Shown: positions 1-12,889 of the stretch, one piece after another | Layout of the letters: each line of letters begins with the position of its first letter | Numbering within the stretch: position 1 is the first letter of the stretch | Notes under the pieces: model-generated | Databases searched by the model: none | What the model saw: only the letters and a program-made list of their open reading frames with translations | What the model was told of the DNA's origin: nothing | Source of the DNA: the human T2T-CHM13v2.0 reference genome, Homo sapiens | Reading direction: 5' to 3' (one strand) | Length of the DNA stretch: 64,000 nucleotides | Assembly: GCF_009914755.1 (NCBI RefSeq) | Contig: NC_060935.1 | Program-made: the position numbers and the translations under genes

Positions 1-579
1 GTAAAAACGATGGGAAAAATGATTCACAAAGTTTTCCCCAATTTGAAACATTTTATACACATTGTTTTTAACATTTATCTTGCAGCTCCTAGAAGTCTTT
101 AGGTACAAACAATGAGCATTTCTTGATCCATTAAAAGAGCTCTGTGATTAGCTCATTATATGCTAGGCAGAAGCACTTTAACTGGATCCATCTCTTTAAT
201 TTACAACTGATGCAAATTCTAGGCCTCATTCCACTGTTCTCATATGAGAAAATACATTCTAGCCTGTAAGAGAATAATGGATGTTTATCAGTGGGATACA
301 TGGCCCCAGTCTACAGAAGATGCAGTGAAGTGTGATATAACACAGAAGTGAAGATCAGGAAGGGGTGTAACACTGAAGGTTTTGTTATAAACATATATTG
401 AGAGCCCAGTTCAGTGCTGCAAACAGATCAATAAAACCATGTTGGATCCAGTCTTAAGATGTATAGTCAAATTTTTTGTTTGTTATAGCTATATAGCTTT
501 AAATTAATTCAGATATTAATCTAACAAATTCCATTGCACTATGACTCAGTTACAATTATTCTGTTCTATCATTATAAAG

Positions 580-900
580 CTGGACTGTACAATGTGGTAG
601 TCACTAGTCGCATGCGGCTACTACTGAGCACTTGACAAGTAGCTTTCAGAATCGAGATGTTCTGTGAATGTAAATACATGCTTGATATTGAAGACAGTAT
701 GAAAATAAAATTATAAGATTTATCATTAATAAGTTTTATGGTAACTACATGTTGAAGCAAATAGTATTTTGAATATATCAGATTAAATCAAATATATTAT
801 TAAAGTCATTTTTCTTTCTTTTTTTTCCTGTTTGATATGGCTACTAGTTAATTTAAAATTACTTATGTGACTTACATTGTATTTCTGTTGGAAAATACTG
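580..900 (-). mobile_element. MER33 (hAT-Charlie MITE)
   Basis: Matches the reverse complement of the recalled MER33 consensus end to end (ctggactgtacaatgtggtagtcactag...atttctgttggaaaatactg); Charlie-type ttctagat target follows. Confidence 0.8.
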
Positions 901-1290
901 TTCTAGATTCCCCTCTTCTCCTTTCCAGCTGTCTTACAGATATTTTGAGTAATAGAATGTTATATGATGATGAGGATCAGTGGGTCCATGCATCTTCATT
1001 TGGCTCATGGAAAATAATAATAAAAAAATTGCCCAATTAGTAGATGAAGTGTTTGCTGTTTGTAGAAAACAGCAGACATTTCAACAAGGGTCTTGAATTT
1101 GACCTTTAATGTGATTGAACGCACATTTAAACAGAAGTTTCAAATGCTGTATTTAAACATATTTCCACGTTTAAATAGGATTTCTCAGAATCATTGTAAG
1201 AAAGTTCTAGAATATAATTTCAGATCAATCATAGATATTGAAATTACAAGCAAAATATTTATAAAAATATATTAGCAAAGAACTTTTTAA

Positions 1291-1528
1291 GGGAAGCAAG
1301 GTTTTCTATAAGAACACAAAGGCATTAAGAGTGATATAATGGACTCTGAGGACTCTGGGTGGGTTAGGGGGTGGATTGGAGGGATGTGGGGGATAAAAGG
1401 ACTACATATCAGGTACAGTGTACACTGCTTGGGTGATGGGTGAACTAAAATCTCAGAAATCACCACTAAAGAACTTATCCACATAATCAAAAGTCACCCA
1501 AAACCATTGAAATAAATTTTTAAAAAAT
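1291..1528 (+). mobile_element. L1PB-type LINE-1 3' end fragment
   Basis: gtacagtgtacactgcttgggtgatgggtgaactaaaatctcagaaatcaccactaaagaacttatccacataa followed by an A-rich tail is the L1PB3/4-like 3' UTR. Confidence 0.75.
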
Positions 1529-1559
1529 AAGCTTTTCGCATTTTGTGCTATGCTGTCTC

Positions 1560-2010
1560 TGGATTGTCAGCTTTTTCTTTTGGCTAGTTTCTCAGTTACT
1601 CTAGGGTGACAGTTCTAGAAGTCATCTATACATAAGAAACCATTGGAAGAAAGGGAGTCATCTCTTCTATGAATTTCCTTCTAAAAGCAAGAGAAAATTT
1701 GGCAGAATCTAGACAATAGGCTTTTTCTCAGGTTTTATTGGTTGGAATTGTGTCAAATACTCATGATGAAACCAGTCATTGCCAAGGGACAGGAGATAAC
1801 CACAGTCAGCTTAGAAATGTTAGGACACTGTCACAGGATGCAATACGCCTACTCAGAAGCACATAGCCTTATGGAGGAGGGAAGATAACTGAACAAAGCA
1901 TAGATAACAAAGCAAAGATAACTGAACAAAGCAGAGTACTGATTATTAGAAAGAAGGAGGCAGAGGTGGTGAAGTTGGATGTTGGGTAGATAAACCACAA
2001 GTGACTGTTG
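1560..2010 (-). mobile_element. Degenerate MLT1J/K-like MaLR LTR
   Basis: Motifs ttttattggttggaattgtgtca, aaccagtcattgccaaggg and ggatgttgggtagataaaccacaag; heavily diverged. Confidence 0.5.
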
Positions 2011-2539
2011 AAACTACAGCTGAAACTTCTTCCACTAAACAGGCATTTTGAGTTTTACATTCTGAATTCCATGCCTTAAAATAAGTTAATTTCAGACAAA
2101 TGATTCCAGGAATAGAAAATTCCTGTTTTTATTCAATGAAGCACAATTTTTCAAGGACTCTGAAATCATCGTTTTTATAAAAATTAAATAGTTGTATGTG
2201 AATATATTTTAATACTTTTGAAATCAACCATTAAATATTATTCCTAAAATTTTAAAAGGCCATTGCCATGACAGTATAAGAAACCCAGTGCATTTCAAAC
2301 AAGCATGAAAGCTAGCCCATAAACTTGGTCTTTGATTCCTTGTTTTACTTACTTATTGTTTGTATGGTAGTTAGTATATTTCTCACAGAGTTAAGTGACC
2401 CAGCAAATCAGTTCTGATCTTGTTTACTTAAAGATTTTGACTTTGTTTTCCAAACTCTAACCATTTTTTCAGTTTTGTATGCTGGGTTGAACAAATAAGT
2501 ATTTGATCAATTATGAATTTGATCAGAAAATCAAATAAT

Positions 2540-2620
2540 GTGAGAGTTGGAAAGTAGTTTATAGGTGTTCAACCACAAATCCTTTCATTTTACAGACGAT
2601 AAAACTGAGGTACAAGGAAC
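2540..2620 (-). mobile_element. MIR fragment
   Basis: MIR core cattttacagacgataaaactgagg. Confidence 0.6.
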
Positions 2621-2634
2621 ACATAAGTACTTAG

Positions 2635-3910
2635 CATTTACAAATTCAGTCATCATGTATTTAATGAGTGCCTGTGATACAAGGACTGGATTTTCACTGT
2701 TACAAGTGTGACAAATATTATTATTAGCGTTTGCAGGTGGGTGGTGAGGAAAGACAGAAAATAAGTAGTAAGAAAAAAATTAGATAATTACCAAGTAAAC
2801 GAAATAATAAAAACAAATAAAGAGGATAGAGTGTCAGATGGTCTCTCAGACCTCAAGGATGAGAAATACCAGAGCATGAGAAGGGAATGAAAGATAGCAT
2901 TTTTGTCAGCAGTAACAACAAAACCAAAGACCCAGAGGCCAGAAAAAGCTTGGTCTGTTTAATAAAATCACAGAAGTCAATATAACTTAAGGAAATAGAG
3001 TGGTCAAGGTAGAGAAACATCTAAACTAATGTCTGGAATGTAAGCTAGGGGAAGATGATGGAAAGCTATTAAAAGTATGTTTGTTTTAAGGTCATTCTAA
3101 GGACATTAGGGGTTTTAAACAGAAGAAGGAATCATCTGATTTACATTTTTAAAAGATGCCTCTAGCATAGCTGTTATGTTGAAAATATATTAAAGAGTGC
3201 CACCAGTAGAAATGAGATCAGCTAGGAGGTTGTTGCAACAGTCCAGGTGAAAGATCATGGTGACTTGGACTTGGACTAATTTGGTAGCTATGTAACTTGT
3301 CTAAAAAAATTTTAAAAAGTGGTTGTATTCAAGATGCTTTTAAAAGATAGAACCTACAGGACTTAGTGATGGCTTATATAAATGATATGGGAAAAAATGG
3401 TGAAGAAAAACCTGGGTTAGTGTTTTCCAGAATTACTAAGATGGATACATGGCATAGGAATCAGGGACATGGAAGCATTTCCAATATTGAGAAGCCCATG
3501 ACAGAGCCAAGTGGAGATGACAAGTAGTTGGTCGGACATATGTGTCCTCTGTATTGATAGAGGAGAAGGCTCAGGCTAAACCCCTGAGATATGTCTGTCA
3601 CAAAGACTGGAGAGAGAGGAGGCCAGGAAAGGAGAGTAAAAGGAAGCCAGTGTTATAGAAAATACTAGGTAAGTGTGGTACCTGTGGAGCTAAGAGTTTA
3701 TTTCAAAAGGTGAGAATGTTGATCTAATAACATAAAGATTAGTTCTGATCAGCCACAAGTCAAGTTAAGTATAGTGAAAGATAGAAGCCAGGTTACAGTG
3801 GATTGAAGAAACATAGAAGTTGAGATATAAAGACAATATATGAAGACAATTTTTTCCGAGACGTATGACTGTTGACAAGAAGCAGAGCATAGTGGCCCTA
3901 ATTGGAATGA
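2635..3910 (-). mobile_element. L2 LINE fragment
   Basis: L2 hallmarks tatttaatgagtgcct, acatttttaaaagat, ggaggttgttgcaacagtccaggtgaaagatcatggtgacttggac. Confidence 0.7.
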
Positions 3911-4084
3911 ATTGCTGAATCAAAAAAATGAAAAAACACATTTTACACCCAGTTCAGTCCTGATACTATCACAACTAGTTCAGTAATAGTACTACCACAC
4001 TGAAAGGCTTCAGGAATAATCCCCATTTTGTGGTTCTTGTATAAATCAAATAGTTTCTTATTCTCGACTTCTCAGTATGTGACT

Positions 4085-4520
4085 GAATGAATCCTTTATT
4101 TGTTGATCCAATGTTTAAGAGCCTATTACATGCTGGGCCATGTGAGTGGTACAGGGGTACAACAATAAAGGCAGCCCACATTCTCAAAGTGCTGGAAAGT
4201 AGTGAGAGAAATAAGCAAGTCAACATATGAGAATAGTGTGCCCACATAACAAAGTGTAAGAAGGTGCTGTAATTTGTGAGAAAAAGCCACTAGTTGTTTT
4301 CATTCAGGGTTATTCTAATCCTATCAGAGCAAGTTAAAATCTGAAGATTTAGCAGATACTAACCAGAAAAACGTGTAGGTGGGAGAGGTTAATGTGAATA
4401 GGAAGGTAAATGTTCAAAAGAGTGAGAAATAGCCTATAAAATGCTCCTGGAGGGAGCAATGGGATTTGGATAAGTTTATTGGCCAGAGCACAGCCCAAGA
4501 GGTGAATAATGGTGAGAAAT
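4085..4520 (-). mobile_element. L2 LINE fragment
   Basis: Reverse L2 3' end (tttatttgttgatccaatgtttaagagcctattacatgctggg) and purine-rich continuation. Confidence 0.5.
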
Positions 4521-5364
4521 GATACAGTAGAGATAAATTGTTCATGTGCATGCCTGTGTGTGTGCACGTACATGTACGTGTGGGTCTGCTTCTGTGTTAG
4601 GCACACAGAGGTACCTGTGATGGTGGGCTGGGCTGGTATGGAAGAGGGAGAAAGGAAGAGGGAAGAGGATCGAGATGGAAGAAGGCAGAGATAAGGCCAT
4701 TATTAAAGAGTTTAAACTTTATACAAAAGAACCCTATAAAATGATGCTGAAATGACACCACATCCACCTTCTTTCATAAGGTTTTTTGAAAGAGCTTTGT
4801 AAATGTATAGCATTACATTGGTATTAATAAGAGCCAAGACATCGAGGAAAGAAACTGGTGTTAAATGCTGAGATAAGAGATTCTCAAACACTCTGTTTCA
4901 ATTGACTCAACATTTGTAAAGTGAATTAATATTTGCAGGAAATTCAGTTTTATAATTGTAATAAAACATAGTAATTTTTATCATTGTTCATCATTATTCT
5001 AGTTTATGTAGAAATTTATATCACCAAAAATGTAGTCCATACCTATGAAATACTAACTTTAGTACATTATGGATTTCTATTTTTCTTCTAGAGAAAATAA
5101 ATGAAAATTATATAAATTATGGACAATATATCTTACAAAGATATTTCTCCTACATAATTATTTCCTAAAAAGATGTGACATTTAACTTCAATCATACCAA
5201 AGTCTATGATACAAATTAGAGAAAAATGAATATGTCAAAATGAAGTACACTATTTCCAAATAATAGACATCTTCATTTAGTATAATATTTTTACATCTGT
5301 ATATTTCCATTAGTACCAGGACTTACCAACATAAAGAAGTGGGAAATCATCAAGCTGTGAAGAT

Positions 5365-5631
5365 GCAAAGTGACTGTACCATTCTGTATTCCAACCAGCA
5401 ATGAATGAACTTGTTCATTGCTTCATATCCTTTCCAGCATTTGCCATTGTCAGTGTTCACATATTGGCTATAATGTAGTTTGGCCATAGTAGGTGTGTGG
5501 TGTTCTCTCACTGTTGTCTGAATATGGATTTCCCTGATGACATACGATACGGAGCATCTTTTCTTGTGCTTATTTGCCATCTATATATCTTCTTTGCTGA
5601 GGGGTCTATGCAAGTATTTGACCTATTTTTT
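5365..5631 (-). mobile_element. L1MC ORF2 C-terminal fragment (inverted 5' segment)
   Basis: ORF 5350..5580(-) MANKHKKRCS...IREIHIQTT...KCWKG...HCW is the L1 ORF2p C-terminal CCHC region. Confidence 0.8.
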
Positions 5632-6356
5632 TAAACATACATAGTTTTAACATGCAAAACAGCAATCACACGCCAAGGAGTTGAAAACATGTCCGTGCAA
5701 AAACCTTCACACAAATATTTATAGTAGCTTTATTCATAATTACCAAAACATGAAAGTAACCAACTTGTCCTTCAATAGGTGAATGGATAAACTGTGATAC
5801 ATCTAGATAAGAGAAAATTACTCAGTGCTAAAAAGAAATGAGCCATCAGGCCATGAAAAGACATGGAAGAACCTTGAAGGCATATTACTAAGTTAAAGAT
5901 GCCAGTGTGAAAGGCTACACAATGTATGATTCCAACCACGTGTATATGAAATTCTGGAATAGGCAAAACTGTGGCAGCAATAAAGAGATCAGTGGTTGCC
6001 AGGGCTTGAGGGAAGGAGGGAGGGATGAATAGGCAGAACAAGGAGGATTTTTAAGGGAGGGAAAATGTGGCATATCCACTATAATGGTGGACACATGTCA
6101 TTATTCATTCGTCCAAACTGATAGATTATAAGACACCAAGAGTGAACCTTAATGAAAACTATAGATTTTCAGTGGTAATGATGTGTCTGTGTAGGTTCAT
6201 CAGTTGTAACAAATGTACCACCTGTGGTGGGGAGTGTTGGTAACTGGGGAGACTGTACATGTTTTTGTGGGGAGAGGATAGATATAGGAATTCTTTTTAC
6301 CTTTCTCTTGAACTTGCCATGAACCTAAAGCTGCTCTAAAAAATGTTTTCTAAAAA
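5632..6356 (+). mobile_element. L1MC1/2-like ORF2 end and 3' UTR
   Basis: aaaagaaatgagccatcaggccatgaaaagacatggaagaacc...tgaacctaaagctgctctaaaaaa matches the L1MC1/2 3' end. Confidence 0.8.
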
Positions 6357-7084
6357 GGTATTCTTGACAAATTTTCCTACCAGAGAAAAAAAGACAAATG
6401 AAAATAAAACCCACAGATCCTATTCCCAGCTTTAAAACATGTGATGTAAAAATTATTACCTAACCTAACAACTCAGCTATAGATTTTCACCTCTCACAGT
6501 AAATGCATCCAAAGGAAATAAACTGTGAAAACCTCAAAATCTTCAAGGTTGTTTTTGTTCTATGAAAAATAACTTACCTAGTACTAGTTATTTTATAGGG
6601 CTGCTTTTGAAATTCATTAGAATTCAAAAAAAATCTGTAAGAGTTTAGTAAAAGCTTTGGTTATTTGGCATAATGACTGTCAGGCTTTAGAAATAGATGT
6701 AAAAAAGTTTTTATATGCAGCAGTTATGAAGTCTGTGTTCTTGTTTCTCTTGTTGAAAGAAGCATTTATATGCTAATGAATTCTACTGCAATAGAATTAC
6801 ATATTTTACAAGTATCTAGTTGTATTACTAAAGTGTAAGTGTTTCCTGTACTAACCAATATCCTCTACTCTGCAAGATTCCTAAGCATTGTTTTCAGAAG
6901 AATAAATTAGAGGCCTTGTCATGGTTTAAAATAAAAACCTGGTTAGGTTTTATGAGTAATTAACAACAATATATTAGACTGAGTACTATTTCCAGGGTGG
7001 TATTTGTTTTATATATAATATATATGTACACACAAGTATAGGTATAATACCTACGTAGTTTATATTCTTCAAAGCAAATCTAAA

Positions 7085-7415
7085 CTGTAGATACTATTAT
7101 TATTCATTTGTTAATGATGAGGAAATGGACACAGAGAGGTTAAGTAACTTGGTAATACCTCACAGTTATAAGTGGTGCAGGGAGGGTTGCTTGATAAAAT
7201 ACAGGTCCCCAGGTAAATTTTAACTTCAGATAAACAAATTTTTATGTGTGTTCTAAATATTTCATTGGGTATAATTAAACTTAAAAATATTCACTATCCG
7301 AAATTCAAATTTACCTACATATCCTATATTTTATTTGCTAAATCTAAAACTGTAGGTGGAACAGAGATTTCTATCCGGACTGCCTGGCCCCAGAGCTTGT
7401 GCTCCTTCCCACCAC
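7085..7415 (-). mobile_element. MIR interrupted by MER53
   Basis: gatgaggaaatggacacagagaggttaagtaacttg...aagtggtgcag resumes after the insert as gtggaacagagatttctatccggactgcctggccccagagc. Confidence 0.7.
7183..7354. mobile_element. MER53 palindromic hAT MITE
   Basis: agggttgcttgataaaatacagg...aaattcaaatttacctacatatcctatattttatttgctaaatct; imperfect duplication gtggtgcag/gtggaacag at the flanks. Confidence 0.75.
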
Positions 7416-7569
7416 CTTAAACCATTACTTGTATCAGAAAAGAAGCTTAATATACATAAAAGAGATGTATTGGGGCAAGTATAAATTGAAAGTGAAAAAT
7501 GCAGCATAAAAGTTTTTTTTAATTTGCACATCCGTCATTATCATTATCATGGTTGTAATCTCTACAATA

Positions 7570-7750
7570 AGAGCTACCTGTTTATCATGCACTATGCTTC
7601 TTGCTTTATATAAATTAATTCATTTAAATATTACAATTATTATTTCCATTGAACAATGAGGTTTAGAGAAGTTGAGATCCTCTTCCAAGATCACACAGCC
7701 ATAAAGTGGTTTGACCCCAAGGCAGGTGCTTTCATAAACCTTAAATTGCA
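7570..7750 (-). mobile_element. MIR
   Basis: gaacaatgaggtttagagaagttgagatcctcttccaagatcacacagc core. Confidence 0.55.
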
Positions 7751-7767
7751 GTTGGTACTATGGCATC

Positions 7768-7954
7768 CAATAATCCTGAAACCTTCGCATAAATCAGAAT
7801 CACCCAAAGGATGGCTTATTAAAGCACAGATTGCTGGGCCCCACCCCAGAGTTTCTGACTCAGTTGTTCTAGAGTGGAGCTGGGAATTTGTATCTCTAAG
7901 TTCCTAGGTGATTCTCAAACTGTTGGTCTGAGACTACGTTTTGAGAACCATCTG
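7768..7954. mobile_element. MER5A (hAT-Charlie)
   Basis: atcagaatcacc...cacagattgctgggccccaccccagagtttctgactcag...tttgagaacca. Confidence 0.85.
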
Positions 7955-8255
7955 TTGCCAGCAATTCTGTCTCTGGGCTTTTTGTATTGAATACTCAAAT
8001 TTCAGTGAAAACAACATTAGAAAATAGAAGATATTGTAGGAAGATAAATAAATAGCACCTCTCAGAAAGCAAAGATGGATAAGCAAATTGAACAGGTAAG
8101 AAGGTACGTGGTATCCACATGGCATTTCATGAGAATATTTTAATGGAACTCAGAATAATTGTGAAAACCAGATTTTATGGGTGCAAAGGGATATAATTCA
8201 GGGATCAGGGTGGCATGGGTTCATCAAAATTTTATGTGTTACAAATGCAAGGTAG

Positions 8256-8727
<472 letters not shown>

Positions 8728-9189
8728 GCAAGCTAGTTTTAGAAAGACTGCAGGACTATTTTTTCTTCTATTTGGCTTTTGGGGATAAAATTTTTCTCTT
8801 TAACATGAAACAAAATGTCAACAAAATCCATCAGGTATCAGGTATCACCCAATTTTTACTAGTGAGTACTAAACTAACCCTTTCTTCGGGCAATTTGAGA
8901 TTGTGGAAAAAAAATCTTATATGAAATAATATATATATCTCATAATCTTAGACTTGACGTTTAGGAAGTTGATATAAGGAAATTGTTAAATTTTGACAGA
9001 TTTGTTGACCTTGATTGCAGCGTTGCATCTAACAGAGGCGATTGTGAACAAGCTAGATTGAGCTGCTTACCAAAGCACCTCCTCCCTTGTGCCGCATTTG
9101 CCAAATGCACTGGGCTTTTCACTTGAGTTTGTCAAGCTCCTCCCTCTTCCAAAAGAGTCTCATGGGCTCCTGTACATCATTCATATGTC

Positions 9190-9395
9190 ACCTTAAATGA
9201 GGCTACTCTGTGTTTTTCTATTTCATAAGTTTATCATCACTAGTTATATGTATGTGTGGTCAATTTATTTATATCTTATTTGTATTTATACGTTGATTCT
9301 AAAATTTCCATGAGGGTAGTGGCCATCTTTGCTTGTTCAGCAGATATCACATAATGTATGGCACTTAATAAGCAATAAATACTTACTGAATAAAA
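9190..9395 (+). mobile_element. L2 3' end
   Basis: ttccatgagggtagtggccatctttgcttgttca...tggcacttaataagcaataaatacttactgaataaa. Confidence 0.6.
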
Positions 9396-10316
9396 TAGTG
9401 GATAATTGTTTTCCAGACTTTTCCTTATATAATTATTTGTCTGAATTTTGTAAAATGTTTAGAACCTTTGCTCCCAAAAAATGCCACATGTTGTGTTGCC
9501 TTAAGTCACTTGACTTTGTGTACTTGCTGTTTTCTAGGAGCCACATTATTAAGTTCTGTTTTTCTTTAAATGATTCAATTACTTCTCTTCTGTAAAAAAA
9601 GGAAATATCATCTAATTAGTAGTAGGTTGAACTGGAACTTCTACTTGCCTGTTAATTTATCCTCAATCTCACTAATCAAAGAGAATGCAAAAAGTAGTCT
9701 TCCAGGAATAAATTATTTGAAAAACTCAACTGGAAAGAGGAGATAAGCAATGCATCATATACATTTCTGGTTCAATGCCTTAGGCATATGACTGCTTGCA
9801 GGGACTAGATGCTATTTTGCTATGTAGTTGAAGTTGTCAGTTAATTGAAAAATTAAAAATTAGCCCTAAATAGGGAAATAAAATATGCCAACCACTCCCT
9901 CAATAAAAAACAAGAAGCAATATTTATATGAAAATGCTAGAGAATATGTTCATTTAAGGTACTTTTTAGTAAAGCAATCAAATGAATACCCCACAATAAC
10001 AATTATAATTCTAGGTTGTTCTGGGCTATTCAATAACTCTATGTTTGGATGGATTATTTTACACTTCCAGTTCTAAGCTTTTCTTTTTGACATCTTGTTT
10101 ACTGTTTGTTGATACTATTTATACTTATAAAACCTTGAGGTTGTGCATCCTTTGTAGTATTTAATGTAATGCCTTGCTAATGTTAAGTCATTTTAAGGAT
10201 CTTTAAAACTAGCTTGTCAAAGGAAAGGGAATTCTTAGAGGGGATAATGATTTGTTTTTTGTTTGCATTGCCTCAATGTAAATCTGTGTCGTATAATTGT
10301 GTTTTATATTATTAGC

Positions 10317-10681
10317 TGTATCAGTTGATGGGGGGTATAATAGAGAGGGGGAGAGAGAGAGAGAGAGAGATTTATTATGAAGAATTGGCTTACAGAATTG
10401 TTGGGGCTGGGGAGCATGTCTGAAGGAAGGGGAGGTTGGAACCCTGGTCACCAGATGAAGCTGCAGTCCAGTCCATGGGCTGAATTTGTTCTTCTTCAGT
10501 AGAGCCTCAGTTCTTCATTTGACTGATTATCCAGGGTAGTCTTTCTTACTTGAAGATTACAGTTTACTATAAACTTTAATCACATCTACAGAGTATTTCA
10601 CAGAAATACCTAATTTAGTGTTTGATTGAATAACCAAGGACTACAGCCTTGCCAAACTAACACGTAAAACTCACCATTCTA
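10317..10681 (-). mobile_element. MLT2 (ERVL) solo LTR
   Basis: (ga)n then gatttattatgaagaattggcttaca; end tagtgtttgattgaataaccaagg...cacgtaaaactcaccat (MLT2C/D-like). Confidence 0.75.
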
Positions 10682-11799
10682 CTAGTATTCTGGCAAGAAC
10701 CAAAATAATTATACCTTGCATAATATTAAATAGAAAAATTTCAAGTAAAAAAAATAAAGTAATTGGAAAAGATATTTTCCAAAGTCCCTCTCAGCTCAAC
10801 AACATTATGAAAAGAAAGAATTACTCAAACAAAGCTATCAAGAGTTCTGTCCCACATTACAGGTTGATGGCTAGAAAAGAAAATAGTGACTCAGAATTAA
10901 GATGATAAGAGTTACAATGACTCTTAGAATAGAATGTTCTTTTTAGCTTATTAATGATTTCTAAAACTTCACTGGTAAAAATATCAAAACCTTAGCAAAT
11001 AGGAAAAGACAAGAATATGTGTGAAGTGAATGTTTGCAACCAGATCCTTACAAAAAAAAGTCTGATTTTGCTCTAAATATTTCAGTACTAAACATTCAGT
11101 AGTCTATGAATTCATGAATATTTTTATGAGTGTAAATGTGATCTACTGCAAAACACGTAGATGAAGAAAAACAGGAAAAAAAATTGTCCTTGAAGAAAAA
11201 TGGCTAGTAGCTTTGTAGACAATCTTTTTTTTTCTAAAAGATTTTTTGTTTGTTTTAGTTTAATATTTGGAAGATGATAAGTTTGTTTCAAGCAGAATTT
11301 ACTGAGCCATACTATACACAAATATTATCTACACAGATGGGAGAATTGAAAGCTGGAACTGGATAATTTAGCAAAGCAGACAACTGCTACAGTGAAGGTT
11401 TCCGACCTTCAATTTTATTTTGCCTTAACTTGAGACTTTGCCTAGTACAGCATGGGTACATACATTGATGTATTGCTGTTATAAGTTTCCTTCTTTATTG
11501 TGCTCTTTAGTTAATATTTTATTGATATGTTTGATGTCTTAACAGCGACATTTTCTTCAGTTCAAATAAGAAAGTATTTTTTAAACTACCTCATGCTGTT
11601 AAAAATGTGATGTTATCAATACCTATGTGAGGTAGTTGAGGATGTACTTTTAACTACAGAAAATTAGAGAAAAAATGGTAGGTTTATACATGCTTTTACT
11701 TTTGGGCCTCGTTTATTCCTTCAAAATTTTTGATCATATACCACTGTCAGAAAACTTATATAAAAGTCGGAAATAAAGTGATATGTTGGGTGGCATGCA

Positions 11800-12370
11800 T
11801 TTTCAATGCCATACAGAGATGAAGGCCACCCAAAGATTACCTACGTGAATGTCCTTATGTAGTAAGAAAACTATAAGAAATAATGGTGGCTATATGATTA
11901 ATGATAGCCATAGGCCCATGCAAACATCTTTCAGTCAGGGATGACACTACACTTTACTTAGTAGTCTGTTGTAATCTGGCCTGGTGATTTCCAGGAGATA
12001 AGACCATCTTATCACAGATACAACAATCATAAACCTTAAAATAAAGCTCATCTTTACAAGAATAGTTTAAACTCCCTTCATGAAAGAAAAACATAACCAG
12101 ACTTAATTACAGGTGAAAGAAAGGGAGGAGAATTCCCCAAATTCTGAGAATGGTCACTAGACAGAGACTCTGGCCAGTGAGTAACCTAACACCCTGGCTG
12201 TCTGGTCCACGCTACCATCATCTCCCCACTATCCCTTTTGTAAAAGCACTGCCAGAATCAACTATTTGGACATCAGCCTCAGACTCATCTTTGATGATAA
12301 TTAAACCCAAGGAGAGAAGTTGCCCTAGGGGAGTTGCTTTACTAAAATCCCGAGACCACTCAACACAACA
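11800..12370 (+). mobile_element. Old ERVL-class solo LTR (family uncertain)
   Basis: LTR-like 3' half tgtaaaagcactgccagaatcaact...agactcatctttga...cgagaccactcaacacaaca ending in CA; 5' boundary uncertain. Confidence 0.45.
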
Positions 12371-12889
12371 CCTTAGATCATGTCACTGCTTACTATTGAT
12401 TAAAGGATGCCAGACATAGTGAAGTTACATTCTAACGTACAGATTTTTTTTTTTTAGTAGACATAGACATAAAATCTGTCCAGTGAAGTATGTAACCCCA
12501 GAGATTCTGTCTTATGGCTCTGGATATTTTCTAGTGTTTTTCTAACCCAGCAATTTTATCTTAACTTTTATCTCTACTTCAATCTCTCCTGTAATTTAGG
12601 TCATGCAAGATAGTAAACATACAGAATAATATTTTGTACGTGAATACAATGATGCACTCCTTCCAGTGGTGTCATTTTATATTTTGTTGGGATAGTTTTC
12701 AGTTATGAAAGCCATTTAAATTAAATTTCAAAATAAGCTGAAGGATACGCCTTCAAATTCATGTATAAACAGTGGTAAAATACGATTTTCAAAAACATTC
12801 AGCATCTTTGTGTTTTTCTCACAGTGACAGCATATTATTCATAAATAAAAGTATTTAAAATGTAATTTGCTTCATCTTTCTCCAATCAA

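Noticed and set aside
1882-1934. Duplication aagataactgaacaaagca
   Set aside because: Minor slippage inside a degraded LTR; no further structure.
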